Origin: an uncultured Candidatus Binatia bacterium
GTDB lineage: Bacteria; Desulfobacterota; Binatia; UBA9968; JAJDTQ01
DNA length: 64,000 nucleotides
Reading direction: 5' to 3'
Assembly: GCA_965215605.1 (NCBI GenBank)
Contig: OZ244070.1
Span: 1,984,001-2,048,000 of the forward strand
In this document: piece by piece, positions 9,271 through 19,603 of the stretch
How positions within the stretch are numbered: the stretch's first letter is position 1
Layout of the letters: each line of letters starts with the position of its first letter
Made by a program: the position numbers and the translations under genes
Notes under the pieces: generated by a model
Told to the model about the DNA's origin: nothing
Seen by the model: only the letters and a program-made list of their open reading frames with translations
Databases searched by the model: none

Positions 9271-11460
9271 TCAACCGCCTGCTCCCGGTCCCACCACCGC
9301 CAGCGCGTCCAGCGCCAGCGCTCCGGCGCCCTGGGGCAGCGCCAGGAACGGGTTGATGTCCAGGCTTTCGATGACGTCGCCGGCCGCGGCCGCGAGCCGG
9401 CCCAGGGCCACCAGCGCGTCGATGACGGCGTCGCGGTCGTAGGGGTCCTGGCCTCGGTATCCGTCCAGCAGCCTGCCGACGCGGGTGGCGTCGATGAGCC
9501 GGGCGGCGCCGTCCCGGCTGATTCCCGGGGGACCGACGGCCACGTCCTTCACCAGTTCCAGCCAGACGCCGCCGGCGCCGAACATCACCACCGGTCCCAT
9601 CTCGGGGTCCCGCTGCATGCCCAGCACCAGTTCCAGGCCGGCCGGCGCCATCCGTGCCACCAGCCAGCCGTCCAGGCGGATGTCCGGGTCGTGGGCGGCG
9701 ACGTTGCGCGCGATGTCGCGGCAGGCCCGCCGCACGGCCGCGGCGTCGCCGACGTGGATGCGCACCGCGCCGGCGTCGCTCTTGTGGGTGAGGTCCGCGG
9801 CCACCCCCTTGACCACCACCGGACAACCGATGCGTTCGGCCAGGTCGCAGGCTTCCTCCTCGGTGCGCGCCAGCCCTTCGTCGATCAAGGGCACGCCGAA
9901 GGCGTTCACCAGTGCTTTCGAGTCCGGCTCGGAAAGGGGGAAGGCAGTGGCGGCCTCCGCGGCCCGCCGTCGTAGCGCCTCCACGCGTGCCGTCAAGGCC
10001 TCCGGCAAGGCGGCGGGCGGCGCAACTTCCGCCTCGCGGCCGCGCCGCCGGTAGTCCTGGACCGCGCGGATGGCGCGGAACGCGCGCTCGGGCTCGTTCA
10101 GGCAGGGAACGTGGGGGAAGCGGCGCCGGGCGCTGCGGCTGAACTCCGTGAGGTCGTAGGACGCCGGCGAGATGAGCACGAAGGGTTTCTGTCCGGGTCC
10201 GAGGAAGCGCTGGTCGATGGCCTCGATGGTGGCCAGCACCCGCGCGGCGCGCCGGCGGTTGGCGTCGTTGATGCCTTCGTGGGGCGGCAGGTCCTCCTGG
10301 AACACCAGCATGTCCACGCCGGGGTCGTTGTAGACCGCGTCGACGACCTTGAGCGCGTCCTCCCTGGGGCGGTTGAGATAGCCGTCGGCGTCCAGGGGGT
10401 TGCTGATGGTCATGCCGTCGCCAAGGAGGTCGCGCAGGCGTGTCCGGGTCTCGGGGGCGAACTCGGGCAGCGGCACCCGGTGCCGGTCCGCGGCGTCTTC
10501 CGCGAGCCCGCGCACCCCGCCGGAGTAGACCAGGCAGCCCACGTTCTCACCGCGCGCCTCGCTGGCGTAGAGCAGCATCTCGATGACGTCCACGGCGCGG
10601 TCGGCGCTGTCCACGCGGATCACGCCCGCGGGGCCGGCCACCGCGTCAAAGGCTTCCACCCGGCCGGCCAGGGAGCCGGTGTGGGACAGGGCGGCCCGGC
10701 GCCCGCCCTCGGACACGCCCATCTTGAGCACCACCACCGGCTTGCCCGCGTCCCGCGCCGCGCGGCAGGCGGCGAGAAATTCCTCCGAGCGGCGCACCGC
10801 CTCCACCAGGCAGAAGATCAGGCGCACTTCCGGGTCGGTGACGAAATAGCGGATGTAGTCCGCGGTAATGAGCCCGGCCTCGTTGCCGCTGGTGATGACG
10901 TAGCTCACGTCGATGCCCCGGTCCATGAGCGTGCGTGCGATGCTGGGCGTGGTGGTGCCGCTCTGGCCCACCATGGCCACCGGGCCCGGCACCAGCTCCT
11001 GCACCCGGTCGTCGGGCAGGGTCAGCACCCGCGCGCGGGCCGACAGGTTGCCGAGACAGTTGGGACCGGAGATGGCGAGGCCGGTGTCCTCGATGGCCTC
11101 GCGCAGTTCCGCCTCGAGGGCGCGGCCGGCGTCGGTGCCGGCTTCCGAGAAGCCGGTGGCGTAGAGGGTGGCGCTGCGCGTCCCCATGGCCGCGGCCTCC
11201 CGCAGGATCCCCGGAACGCTGGCCGCCGCCCGCATGACCACGAGGTGGTCGGGCACCGTCGGGAGCGAGCGCAGGTCGGGGAAGCACTCCATCCCCCAGA
11301 TGCGCTCGTGGTTGGGGTTTACGGGATAGACCGGCCCGTCGAACTTGAAACGTATCAGGTTGGCGAAGATGCGCGCGGTCCATCCGGAGGGGTTTCCCCT
11401 CGCGCCCAGGATGGCGACGCTCGTGGGATTCAGCAGTGCGGCGACCTTGTCGTTGCTCAT
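9271..11460 (-). CDS. ADP-forming acyl-CoA synthetase (acetate-CoA ligase family)
   Basis: GPNCLG, SHTGSLAG phospho-His motif, C-terminal ATP-grasp (HKSDAGAV, LDINP). Confidence 0.9.
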   Translation of the reverse strand: MSNDKVAALLNPTSVAILGARGNPSGWTARIFANLIRFKFDGPVYPVNPNHERIWGMECFPDLRSLPTVPDHLVVMRAAASVPGILREAAAMGTRSATLYATGFSEAGTDAGRALEAELREAIEDTGLAISGPNCLGNLSARARVLTLPDDRVQELVPGPVAMVGQSGTTTPSIARTLMDRGIDVSYVITSGNEAGLITADYIRYFVTDPEVRLIFCLVEAVRRSEEFLAACRAARDAGKPVVVLKMGVSEGGRRAALSHTGSLAGRVEAFDAVAGPAGVIRVDSADRAVDVIEMLLYASEARGENVGCLVYSGGVRGLAEDAADRHRVPLPEFAPETRTRLRDLLGDGMTISNPLDADGYLNRPREDALKVVDAVYNDPGVDMLVFQEDLPPHEGINDANRRRAARVLATIEAIDQRFLGPGQKPFVLISPASYDLTEFSRSARRRFPHVPCLNEPERAFRAIRAVQDYRRRGREAEVAPPAALPEALTARVEALRRRAAEAATAFPLSEPDSKALVNAFGVPLIDEGLARTEEEACDLAERIGCPVVVKGVAADLTHKSDAGAVRIHVGDAAAVRRACRDIARNVAAHDPDIRLDGWLVARMAPAGLELVLGMQRDPEMGPVVMFGAGGVWLELVKDVAVGPPGISRDGAARLIDATRVGRLLDGYRGQDPYDRDAVIDALVALGRLAAAAGDVIESLDINPFLALPQGAGALALDALAVVGPGAGG

Positions 11461-11540
11461 GAGACCGGAGGGCAGTATAGGTCAGGCCTCCCGGCCGTGG
11501 CAACTTTGCAACCGTTGCCGGCTCTGCTAGTGTCGGCGGC

Positions 11541-12701
11541 ATGAGCACCATCAGCTTCATCGCGGACACCCCGGAGGACGCGGCGTTTCGGCTGGAAGTG
11601 CGGAGCTGGCTGGAAGGGAACCTGCCGCGGGAACTCGTGGGCTGGTCCACCCGGCCGCCGCCGGAGATGATCCGGCCATGGCAGCGAAAGCTCTACGACC
11701 GGGGTTGGATCGCGCCCAACTGGCCGAAGCAGTACGGCGGCATGGAGGCGACCCTCAACCAGCAGTTGATCCTGCAGGAAGAGTTCGGCCGGGCCGAGGC
11801 GCCGGTGCTGTCGCGGCAGGCGGTGGGGCACGTCGGGCCGATCCTGATACACCACGGCACCGAGGAACAGAAGGCCGAGCACCTGCCCAAGATGCTCTCC
11901 GGCGAGGTGCTGTGGGCCCAGGGGTATTCCGAGCCGGGTTCGGGTTCCGATCTGGCGAGCCTGCGCACCCGCGGCGAGATCGACGGTGACCACCTGGTCA
12001 TCAACGGCCACAAGATCTGGACCACCGGCGGCCACTACGCCGACTGGATGTATGCGCTCATCCGCACCGACCCGGACGCGCCGCGCAAGCAGTTGGGCAT
12101 CTCCATGGTGCTGATCGACTTGAGGACGCCGGGCATCACCATCCGCCCCATCAGGACCCTGGCGGACGACGAGGAGTTCGCCGAGGAGTTCTTCGACAAC
12201 GTGCGCGTACCCCTCTCCAACGTGGTGGGGAAGCTCAACGACGGCTGGCGCGTGGCCAAGGCGCTGCTGGACTCGGAACGCCTCGGCAATGCCAACCCGC
12301 AACTGGCGCTGGACATGCTGGAGCGGGTGCGCAAGGTGGCGCGGGCCACCGGCGCCTTCGACGACCCGGGGTTCCAGGACCGGCTGACGCAGGCGGAACT
12401 GGATGTGCTGGCGCAGTCGGCCGTGTTCGGCCACGCGGTCCAGATGACCCGGGCCGGCAAGGAGATCGGCGCGGCCTCGTCGTTCATCAAGATCGTCTCC
12501 ACCGACATCGTGCAGCGCATCGCCGACCTCCTGCTGGACGCGGCCGGCGAGCACGCCGCCGATACCGGTCCGCTGGAGACGCCGGAGGGTCCGGTGGACG
12601 TGTCGGTGCTATGGCGCGAGGTCCGGCGCATCTCCATCTACGCCGGTACCAGCGAGATCCAGCGCAACGTCACCGCCAAGCGGGTACTGGGTCTTCCGTA
12701 G
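11541..12701 (+). CDS. Acyl-CoA dehydrogenase family protein
   Basis: WAQGYSEPGSGSDLASL, NGHKIWT, IYAGTSEIQRN. Confidence 0.93.
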   Translation: MSTISFIADTPEDAAFRLEVRSWLEGNLPRELVGWSTRPPPEMIRPWQRKLYDRGWIAPNWPKQYGGMEATLNQQLILQEEFGRAEAPVLSRQAVGHVGPILIHHGTEEQKAEHLPKMLSGEVLWAQGYSEPGSGSDLASLRTRGEIDGDHLVINGHKIWTTGGHYADWMYALIRTDPDAPRKQLGISMVLIDLRTPGITIRPIRTLADDEEFAEEFFDNVRVPLSNVVGKLNDGWRVAKALLDSERLGNANPQLALDMLERVRKVARATGAFDDPGFQDRLTQAELDVLAQSAVFGHAVQMTRAGKEIGAASSFIKIVSTDIVQRIADLLLDAAGEHAADTGPLETPEGPVDVSVLWREVRRISIYAGTSEIQRNVTAKRVLGLP

Positions 12702-12744
12702 CAAAACGGGTTTCAAGCCCGCCGTGCCCGCATCGAGAGGCGCC

Positions 12745-13506
12745 ATGCCCGAGCTCCAGGACGTCCTGCTCTACATCCATGCGCTGGAGCCCCGGGTCGT
12801 GGGCGCGACCCTCGATAAGGTCCGCCTCGCGAGCCCGTTCCTGGTCCGGTCCGTGGACCCGCCCGTGGACCAAGCGGAAAACCGCAAGATCCTGGGCCTG
12901 CGCCGGCTGGGCAAGCGCATCGTGTTCGAGCTGGAGGACGATCTCTTCCTGGTTTTCCATCTGATGATCGCCGGGCGGTTCCGCTGGCGCCCTCCGGGGG
13001 CGCGCATCCCCGGCAAGCTCGGCCTGGCCGCCTTCGACCTCTCCTCGGGCACCCTGGTCCTCACCGAGGCCGCCTCCATGAAGCGTGCGTCGTTGCATCT
13101 GGTACGTGGCGCCGCGGGGCTGCGGGAGCATGATCCCGGCGGCATCGAGGTGCTGGAATGCGGCCTGGAAGAGTTCCGGCGGGCGCTGCGGAGCGAGAAC
13201 CAAACGCTCAAGCGGTCCCTCACCGACCCGCGCCTGTTCAGCGGCATCGGCAACGCCTACTCCGACGAGATCCTGCACCGTGCCCGTCTGTCGCCCATGA
13301 AGCAGACGCGCGGTCTCGACGAAACGGAGACCGAAGCCCTCCACGCCGCCGTGCGGGAGGTGTTGCAGGACTGGTGCCGCAGACTCCGGGAGGGGGCCGG
13401 CGCCGGCTTCCCCGACAAGGTCACGGCGTTCCGTCCGGGCATGGCCGTGCACGGCCGCTACCGCGAGCCGTGTCCCGACTGCGGCGCCCGCGTGCAGCAG
13501 ATCCGT
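12745..13506 (+). pseudogene. Fpg/Nei-family DNA glycosylase, 3'-truncated within the zinc finger
   Basis: MPEL start, HLMIAG, H2TH motif SGIGNAYSDEILH, first CPDC pair only; no own stop, so the frame runs antisense through the next gene to 14316. Confidence 0.75.
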
Positions 13507-14286
13507 TTACCGCAATTTGATACCCCGCTGTCGCTTTTCTTCGGCGACCTCCCAGCCACCCCGCGTGTACCACTCCACCTGCCGGAACAGTCCGCTCAGG
13601 ATCTTCACGTCCCGCTCCTCGAGGCCGGCGCGGCCGAGCACGCGGCGCAATGCCAGGAGGATGTGTTCGGGGTTCTGGGGGTCCAGGAAGCCCACCTTGA
13701 GGAGGGTCTCCTTCATGCGGTCGAACAGGGCTTCCACCGCCTCCGCCGGCGCGCGCTTGATGCGCTCTTCCCGTGGCGGGCCGAGGACGGCGGCCAGGTA
13801 GATCTCGTAGAGACACACCATCACGGCCTGAGCCAGGTTCAGCGACGGCTGGTCCGGATGGCTCGGGATGGTGACGAGGCGCTGGCAGTGCTTGAGGTCG
13901 GCGTTGCTGAGGCCGTGGTCTTCGGGGCCGAAAATGAGCGCCGCCGGCCTGGCGTCTTCGGGCCGCACGGCCGCCGCCAGGTCTTGCGCCGCCTCCCGCG
14001 GCAGTTCGACGTGGTCGCGGTACAGGCCCTTGCGGCAGGTGGTGCCCACCACGAGGCCGCAGTCCGCGACGGCGTCGCGTATGGTTTCGAATCGGTGGGC
14101 GCCGTCCAGGATGTCGCGGGCATGCACGGCCATGGATCGGGCCGACAGGCTGTCGGTGCGACCACCGCCCACCAGCGCCAGGTCCCGGAGGCCGGTGTTT
14201 TTCATGGCCCGGGCCACGGAGCCGATGTTGCCGGACCCCTTGGGCCGCACCAGCACCACGCGAATCTTCTGGAGCGTTTCAGTCAC
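13507..14286 (-). CDS. trmJ: TrmJ/TrmH-family SPOUT tRNA/rRNA methyltransferase
   Basis: VVLVRPKGSGNIGSVARAMKN, FGPEDHGLSN, SLNLAQAV; GTG at 14286. Confidence 0.85.
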   Translation of the reverse strand: MTETLQKIRVVLVRPKGSGNIGSVARAMKNTGLRDLALVGGGRTDSLSARSMAVHARDILDGAHRFETIRDAVADCGLVVGTTCRKGLYRDHVELPREAAQDLAAAVRPEDARPAALIFGPEDHGLSNADLKHCQRLVTIPSHPDQPSLNLAQAVMVCLYEIYLAAVLGPPREERIKRAPAEAVEALFDRMKETLLKVGFLDPQNPEHILLALRRVLGRAGLEERDVKILSGLFRQVEWYTRGGWEVAEEKRQRGIKLR

Positions 14287-14329
14287 GGTGGAATCAGCCG
14301 CGAGCGGGCGCGGTAACGAATCGGCCCGG

Positions 14330-15076
14330 TCAGGAGCCTTTGGATCTGGCCCGGGCGATGAGCGCCGTAAGCTGTTCGATGGGGATGGCGCCCCGGACAA
14401 TCTCATCCCCGACGACCACCGTGGGAGTGCCGTCGATGGCCAGAGCTTCGGCAAGCCGGTGGTTGTTGTCGATGACGTCAAGCACCTTGGGCTTCTCCAT
14501 GTCTCTTTTCAGCCGGCCGGTGTCCAGGCCGACGGAGTCCGCCACCTTCATGAGCACCTCTTCGGTCAACGTCCCGCGGACCTTCATCAAGGCATCGTGG
14601 AACTCCAGATAGTAACCCTGGTTCCGTGCCGCCAGCGCCGCCTGAGCCGCCCGGAACGAGTCCTCGCCCAGCACCGGGAACTCCTTGTAGACCACCCGGA
14701 GCTTCGGGTCCTGCTTGGTGATGCTCGCCAGGGTCGGCGCGAACTGCTTGCAGTAGCCGCAGCGGTAGTCGAAGAACTCCACCAGGGTCACGTCGCCGTC
14801 GGGATTGCCGCCCACGAAGGAGTCCGGGTCCGCAAGGAGAGCTTTCGCGTGTTGCCTGACGGCCGTCCGGTCGCGCTCCGCTTGCCGTCGCTGCTGCTTC
14901 GCCCGGTGTCGCTGAACGGCCTCGAAGATCACTTCCGGGTTCTCGAGGAGATACTCGCGGACGATCTTCTCGATGTCCTCCACCGAGCGTTGCGCCGAGG
15001 CCTGTTGGGCCCCGGCCATGGCGGCCAAACCGAGAAACAGCAGCAATGCCGCGATGCGGAGCATTTGGCGTGGCAT
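14330..15076 (-). CDS. DsbA-family (Com1/ScsC-like) thiol oxidoreductase
   Basis: Signal peptide, EFFDYRCGYCK, GTP cis-Pro motif. Confidence 0.9.
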   Translation of the reverse strand: MPRQMLRIAALLLFLGLAAMAGAQQASAQRSVEDIEKIVREYLLENPEVIFEAVQRHRAKQQRRQAERDRTAVRQHAKALLADPDSFVGGNPDGDVTLVEFFDYRCGYCKQFAPTLASITKQDPKLRVVYKEFPVLGEDSFRAAQAALAARNQGYYLEFHDALMKVRGTLTEEVLMKVADSVGLDTGRLKRDMEKPKVLDVIDNNHRLAEALAIDGTPTVVVGDEIVRGAIPIEQLTALIARARSKGS

Positions 15077-15198
15077 GGGCGTCCTTCCTTGAATGACGGA
15101 AACAAGCCTGAAACGGATCGGCTCAGTCTACAGGACATCCCCGTGCCCTGCCAGCGGCCAGGGCACGGGAGGCCGCAATTCAGGGTGGGAGCCCGCCC

Positions 15199-15232
15199 TT
15201 GAAACTCTCATTAAGATTCCATAATACTGGAA
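15199..15232 (+). promoter_or_regulatory. ars promoter with likely ArsR operator
   Basis: TTGAAA at 15199; inverted repeat TTCCA-taatac-TGGAA (15217-15232) overlaps the -10 region just before the ATG at 15235. Confidence 0.6.
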
Positions 15233-15234
15233 AT

Positions 15235-15612
15235 ATGGAACATAAGGACGCGGTGGGCGCGCTGGCCGCGCTCGCGCAGGACACACGGCTGGATATCTTC
15301 CGCCTGCTGGTGGAGGTGGGGCCGGAGGGGCTGCCCGCCGGCCAGATCGGGAAGCGGCTCGGGCTGCCGCTGGCCACCCTGTCGTTTCACCTCAATACGC
15401 TGAAGCAGGCCGGGCTGGTGGAGTTCAGGCGGGAGTCGCGCTCGCTGATCTACCGGTCCAACTTCGCAACCATGACCGAGTTGCTCGGCTATCTCACGGA
15501 GAACTGTTGCGGCGGTAACCCGGAGGCGTGCGGCGTACCGGTCTGTGAGCCTTCCCGGGACGATCCATGGAACAACCCGAAACCAACCCGAAAGACTTCC
15601 CGCGTCGCCTGA
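15235..15612 (+). CDS. arsR: ArsR-family arsenite-responsive repressor
   Basis: ALAQDTRLDIFRLL, TLSFHL, C-terminal LTENCC As(III) site. Confidence 0.9.
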   Translation: MEHKDAVGALAALAQDTRLDIFRLLVEVGPEGLPAGQIGKRLGLPLATLSFHLNTLKQAGLVEFRRESRSLIYRSNFATMTELLGYLTENCCGGNPEACGVPVCEPSRDDPWNNPKPTRKTSRVA

Positions 15613-16304
15613 CCGCCGAGGCCGTCGGCACGGCGTTCCTGCTGGCCGCGGTGGTGGGCTCGGGCATCATGGGGGAGCGGCTGGCCGGCGGCAACGTGGC
15701 GGTGGCGCTGCTCGCCAACACCGTGTCCACCGGCGCGGCGCTGACGGTGCTGATCCTGACCTTCGGACCCATCTCCGGCGCCCACTTCAACCCGGCGGTG
15801 ACGGTGGCCGAGGGTTTCCTGGGCGGGCTGGCGTGGCGTGACGTCCCCGGCTACGTGGCCGCGCAGATCATCGGCGCCGTCGCCGGCGTCATCGTCGCCA
15901 ACCTGATGTTCGACGAGCCCGCGGTGTTCTTCTCGCAGAAGCATCGTGTCGGGGCGGGGCAATGGCTCGGCGAGTTCGTCGCCACCTTCGGGCTGCTGTC
16001 GGTGATCCAGGGCTGCGTCAGGCTCCGGAGCCCGGCGGTGCCGTTCGCCGTGGGCGGCTACATCACGGCGGCCTACTGGTTCACGTCCTCCACGTCGTTC
16101 GCCAATCCGGCGGTGACCATCGCCCGCACCCTCTCGGACACCTTCGCGGGGATCTACCCGATGCATGCGCCGGCGTTCATCGTCATGCAGTTCATCGGCG
16201 CCGGCGCGGCCACGGCGTTGTTCTGGTGGCTGGTGCCGCCACCGCGGCCGGCCTTGTCCGAAAGGCCCGCAAGAACCCCCCAACCGTTGAGGAGGTCCGT
16301 ATGA
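15567..16304 (+). CDS. MIP/aquaglyceroporin arsenite channel (AqpS-like)
   Basis: SGAHFNPAVT and SFANPAVT NPA boxes; lies in the ars operon. Confidence 0.9.
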   Translation: MEQPETNPKDFPRRLTAEAVGTAFLLAAVVGSGIMGERLAGGNVAVALLANTVSTGAALTVLILTFGPISGAHFNPAVTVAEGFLGGLAWRDVPGYVAAQIIGAVAGVIVANLMFDEPAVFFSQKHRVGAGQWLGEFVATFGLLSVIQGCVRLRSPAVPFAVGGYITAAYWFTSSTSFANPAVTIARTLSDTFAGIYPMHAPAFIVMQFIGAGAATALFWWLVPPPRPALSERPARTPQPLRRSV

Positions 16305-16846
16305 GTGAAGACAAACCGAGCAACGGGAAACTGTTCAACGTGCTGTTCCTGTGCACCGGGAACTCCGCCCGCAGCGTCATGGGCGAGTGCATCCTGAACC
16401 GCCTGGGGCGGGGGCGGTTCCGGGCGTTCAGCGCGGGGAGCCACCCCAAGGGCGAGATCAACCCGCACACCATCGAGACGCTGAAGAAGCTCAACTACTT
16501 GACCGACGATCTCCGTTCCAAGAGCTGGGACGAGTTCGCGGCCCCCGGCGCTCCCGAGCTGCAGTTCGTCTTCACGGTCTGCGATCAGGCGGCGCAGGAG
16601 GTCTGTCCGCTCTGGCCGGGCCAGCCGATGTCCGCCCACTGGGGCATTCCCGACCCGGCGGCGGTGGAAGGCAACGAGGCCGAGCAAAGCATCGCTTTCG
16701 CGGATGCCTACCGCATGCTTTTCAACCGCATCTCGATCTTCGTGAACCTGCCCCTGACCTCTCTCGACCGGCTGTCGCTGCAGCGGCGTCTGGACGAAAT
16801 CGGCGAGGAAGGCAAGCCGCGGAGCGCCGCCGCGCCCTCGGCGTAA
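16301..16846 (+). CDS. arsC: Arsenate reductase, LMW-PTPase fold
   Basis: LFLCTGNSARS, TVCD...CP, HWGIPDP; ATG overlaps the upstream stop. Confidence 0.92.
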   Translation: MSEDKPSNGKLFNVLFLCTGNSARSVMGECILNRLGRGRFRAFSAGSHPKGEINPHTIETLKKLNYLTDDLRSKSWDEFAAPGAPELQFVFTVCDQAAQEVCPLWPGQPMSAHWGIPDPAAVEGNEAEQSIAFADAYRMLFNRISIFVNLPLTSLDRLSLQRRLDEIGEEGKPRSAAAPSA

Positions 16847-16907
16847 CGGGCGCGCTCCGGGTCACTTCGCTTTCCCGCCTCTTCCGGGGCCCTCGCGCCC
16901 CGGTCCC

Positions 16908-16962
16908 CTGTAACAGACTCGTAACAATCGTTTAATTCCGCTGTGATGTAGCCGTCATACAG
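16908..16962 (+). promoter_or_regulatory. Pho-box array upstream of pstS
   Basis: Five units at 11-bp period: CTGTAAC, TCGTAAC, GTTTAAT, CTGTGAT, CCGTCAT (PhoB consensus CTGTCAT). Confidence 0.8.
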
Positions 16963-17067
16963 TGATAATCGCCGTCGGATAGATTCCTGCCAACACTGGC
17001 GCGGTCATGGGACCCTTCGGTCGGTGATCGGGCTGCGACAAAGGTTCAACCAAAGGAGGGTTTCCCC

Positions 17068-18111
17068 ATGTACCGGAAAGCCATGTTGACGGCGGCGGCC
17101 GTTGCACTGGCCGTGGCGGGTCTCGCGACCTCGGCGGCGGCGCAGCAGCGCGACTACATCCAGATCGTGGGATCGTCCACGGTCTATCCGTTTACCACCG
17201 TGGTGGCCGAGCAGTTCGGCAAGACCACCAAGTTCAAGACCCCCAAGGTCGAGTCTACCGGCTCCGGCGGCGGCCTCAAGCTCTTCTGCGCCGGCGTCGG
17301 CGTCGAGCACCCCGACCTGACCAACTCCTCGCGGCGCATCAAGAAGACCGAAGTCGAGCGTTGCGGCAAGAACGGCGTCAAGGAAATCGTCGAGCTGAAG
17401 GTGGGCTACGACGGCATCGCGGTGGCCAACTCGAAGAAGAGCAAGGCGCTGAGCCTCACGCCGCGCGACCTCTTCCTCGCCCTGGCCAAGGACGTGCCGG
17501 CCAACGCCGACGGCAGCAAGCGCCAGGCCAACCCCCACAAGACCTGGAAGGACGTCAACCCCAAGCTTCCGGCCCTGAAGATCGAGGTGTTGGGCCCTCC
17601 GCCCACCTCCGGCACCCGGGACGCCTTCGTCGAGCTGGTGATGGACGCGGGCTGCAAGGAGTTCGCCGCCATCAAGAAGATGTCCAAGAAGCCCAGACGG
17701 GCCGCTTGCCGCACCATGCGTGAGGACGGCGCCTTCGTCGAGGCCGGAGAGAACGACAACCTGATCGTGCAGAAGCTGGACGCCAACCCCGACGCCTTCG
17801 GGATCTTCGGCTTCAGCTTTCTCGACCAGAACACGGACAAGCTCCAGGGCGCGTCCATCAACGGCGTCAAGCCCGAGTTCGAGACCATCGCCGACGGCAG
17901 CTATCCGGTCTCGCGTCCGCTCTACGTCTACATCAAGAAGGCCCATCTGGACGTGATCTCCGGCATGCGCGAGTTCCTGGTCGAGTACACCAGCGAAAAG
18001 GCCTGGGGCGAAGACGGCTATCTCTCCGACAAGGGACTGATCCCGATGCCCGAGCAAGAGCGCCGGCAGTTCTCTTCGGACGTGAAGAACCTGAAGAACC
18101 TGGCTCTGTAA
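17068..18111 (+). CDS. pstS: Phosphate ABC transporter substrate-binding protein
   Basis: Signal peptide, GSSTVYP, STGSGGG, SGTRDAF, YPVSRPLY. Confidence 0.95.
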   Translation: MYRKAMLTAAAVALAVAGLATSAAAQQRDYIQIVGSSTVYPFTTVVAEQFGKTTKFKTPKVESTGSGGGLKLFCAGVGVEHPDLTNSSRRIKKTEVERCGKNGVKEIVELKVGYDGIAVANSKKSKALSLTPRDLFLALAKDVPANADGSKRQANPHKTWKDVNPKLPALKIEVLGPPPTSGTRDAFVELVMDAGCKEFAAIKKMSKKPRRAACRTMREDGAFVEAGENDNLIVQKLDANPDAFGIFGFSFLDQNTDKLQGASINGVKPEFETIADGSYPVSRPLYVYIKKAHLDVISGMREFLVEYTSEKAWGEDGYLSDKGLIPMPEQERRQFSSDVKNLKNLAL

Positions 18112-18221
18112 CCGTTACCTTATCCGGGTCCGGCCGCGGCGAGAGTGATCCGCCGCGGCCGGGCTCCCAACCCGGCCGCCGTCGACGGCCGGCATGAACC
18201 GGCGAAGGTTCCCCTGACGCA

Positions 18222-19601
18222 ATGGGCTCCCCAAGTCTGATACTCGCGCTGCTGGGCCTGAGCTCCGTAAGCTACTACCTCGGCTGGCGGCGCTCCATCT
18301 CCCTGGCCCAGGGGACCGTCCGCAACCTGCACTCCCTTCCCGGATACCATGGCCTCTACACCGCCCTCTGGGCCGCGGTCCCGGCGCTCTTGCTGCTCTG
18401 CATCGGCGTGACCCTCAAGGGTCCCATCGTCACCTCGATCGTGGTCTCCGACCTGCCGGCGGAGGTCCAGAGCCTGCCGCCGGAACGGCTCAATCTGGTC
18501 ATCAACGACATCCGGAATCTGGCCTCGGGGAACATTGCTTCCCGGAAGAGCCCCGCCATGGTGGCCGCGGCGGACCGTTACGTCCGTCTCCAGGGATACG
18601 CAGCCATCGCCGTCACCGTGGCCGTCCTGGTATTGGGCGTGTTCTGCGGCGCCATCGCGTGGCGCACCATCCAGCCCGGGAAGCGGGCCCGAAACGCGGT
18701 CGAACGAACCATCCTGGGCTTCCTCATGGCGAGCTCCACCATCGCGATCCTCACCACCGTGGGGATCGTGCTTTCGGTGCTGTTCGAGTCGCTCCGTTTC
18801 TTCCAGGCGGTGCCGGTGACCGACTTCATCTTCGGCACCGAGTGGAGCCCGCAGATGGCCATTCGAGCCGACCAGGTGGGCGCGTCCGGCGCCTTCGGCG
18901 CCATTCCGTTGTTCGCCGGCACGCTGCTCATTTCCTTCATCGCCATGGTGGTGGCCGTACCGGTAGGCTTGATGTCGGCCATCTATCTGGCCGAGTACGC
19001 GCGGCCGCGGGTGCGGGCGGTGGTCAAGCCGTTGCTCGAGGTGCTGGCGGGCATCCCCACCGTGGTCTACGGCTTCTTTGCGGCCTTGACGGTGGCGCCG
19101 TTCATGCGTGGAATGGGCGAGAGCCTGGGCCTCGACGTGGCCTCCGAGAGCGCCCTGGCCGCCGGCCTGGTCATGGGGGTGATGATCATCCCGTTCGTTT
19201 CCTCGCTTTCCGATGACGTGATCAACGCGGTGCCGCAGGCCATGCGCGACGGCGCCTACGCGCTCGGCTCCACCCGGTCCGAGACCATCAAGAAGGTGGT
19301 CATCCCGGCGGCGCTCCCGGGCATCGTCGGCGGCGTTCTGCTGGCGGTCTCGCGCGCCATCGGGGAGACCATGATCGTCGTCATGGCCGCCGGCCTGGCC
19401 GCGAACCTCACCGCCAATCCGCTCAAGGCGGTGACCACCGTCACGGTCCAGATCGTGACGCTGCTGACCGGCGATCAGGAGTTCGACAGTCCGAAGACGC
19501 TGGCTGCATTCGCGTTGGGCCTGATGCTCTTCGTCGTCACCCTGGGCTTGAACGTCATCGCCCTGCAGGTGGTGCGCAAGTACCGCGAGCAGTACGAGTA
19601 G
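18222..19601 (+). CDS. pstC: Phosphate ABC transporter permease
   Basis: LAGIPTVVYGFF, SRAIGETMIV. Confidence 0.95.
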   Translation: MGSPSLILALLGLSSVSYYLGWRRSISLAQGTVRNLHSLPGYHGLYTALWAAVPALLLLCIGVTLKGPIVTSIVVSDLPAEVQSLPPERLNLVINDIRNLASGNIASRKSPAMVAAADRYVRLQGYAAIAVTVAVLVLGVFCGAIAWRTIQPGKRARNAVERTILGFLMASSTIAILTTVGIVLSVLFESLRFFQAVPVTDFIFGTEWSPQMAIRADQVGASGAFGAIPLFAGTLLISFIAMVVAVPVGLMSAIYLAEYARPRVRAVVKPLLEVLAGIPTVVYGFFAALTVAPFMRGMGESLGLDVASESALAAGLVMGVMIIPFVSSLSDDVINAVPQAMRDGAYALGSTRSETIKKVVIPAALPGIVGGVLLAVSRAIGETMIVVMAAGLAANLTANPLKAVTTVTVQIVTLLTGDQEFDSPKTLAAFALGLMLFVVTLGLNVIALQVVRKYREQYE

Positions 19602-19603
19602 TC

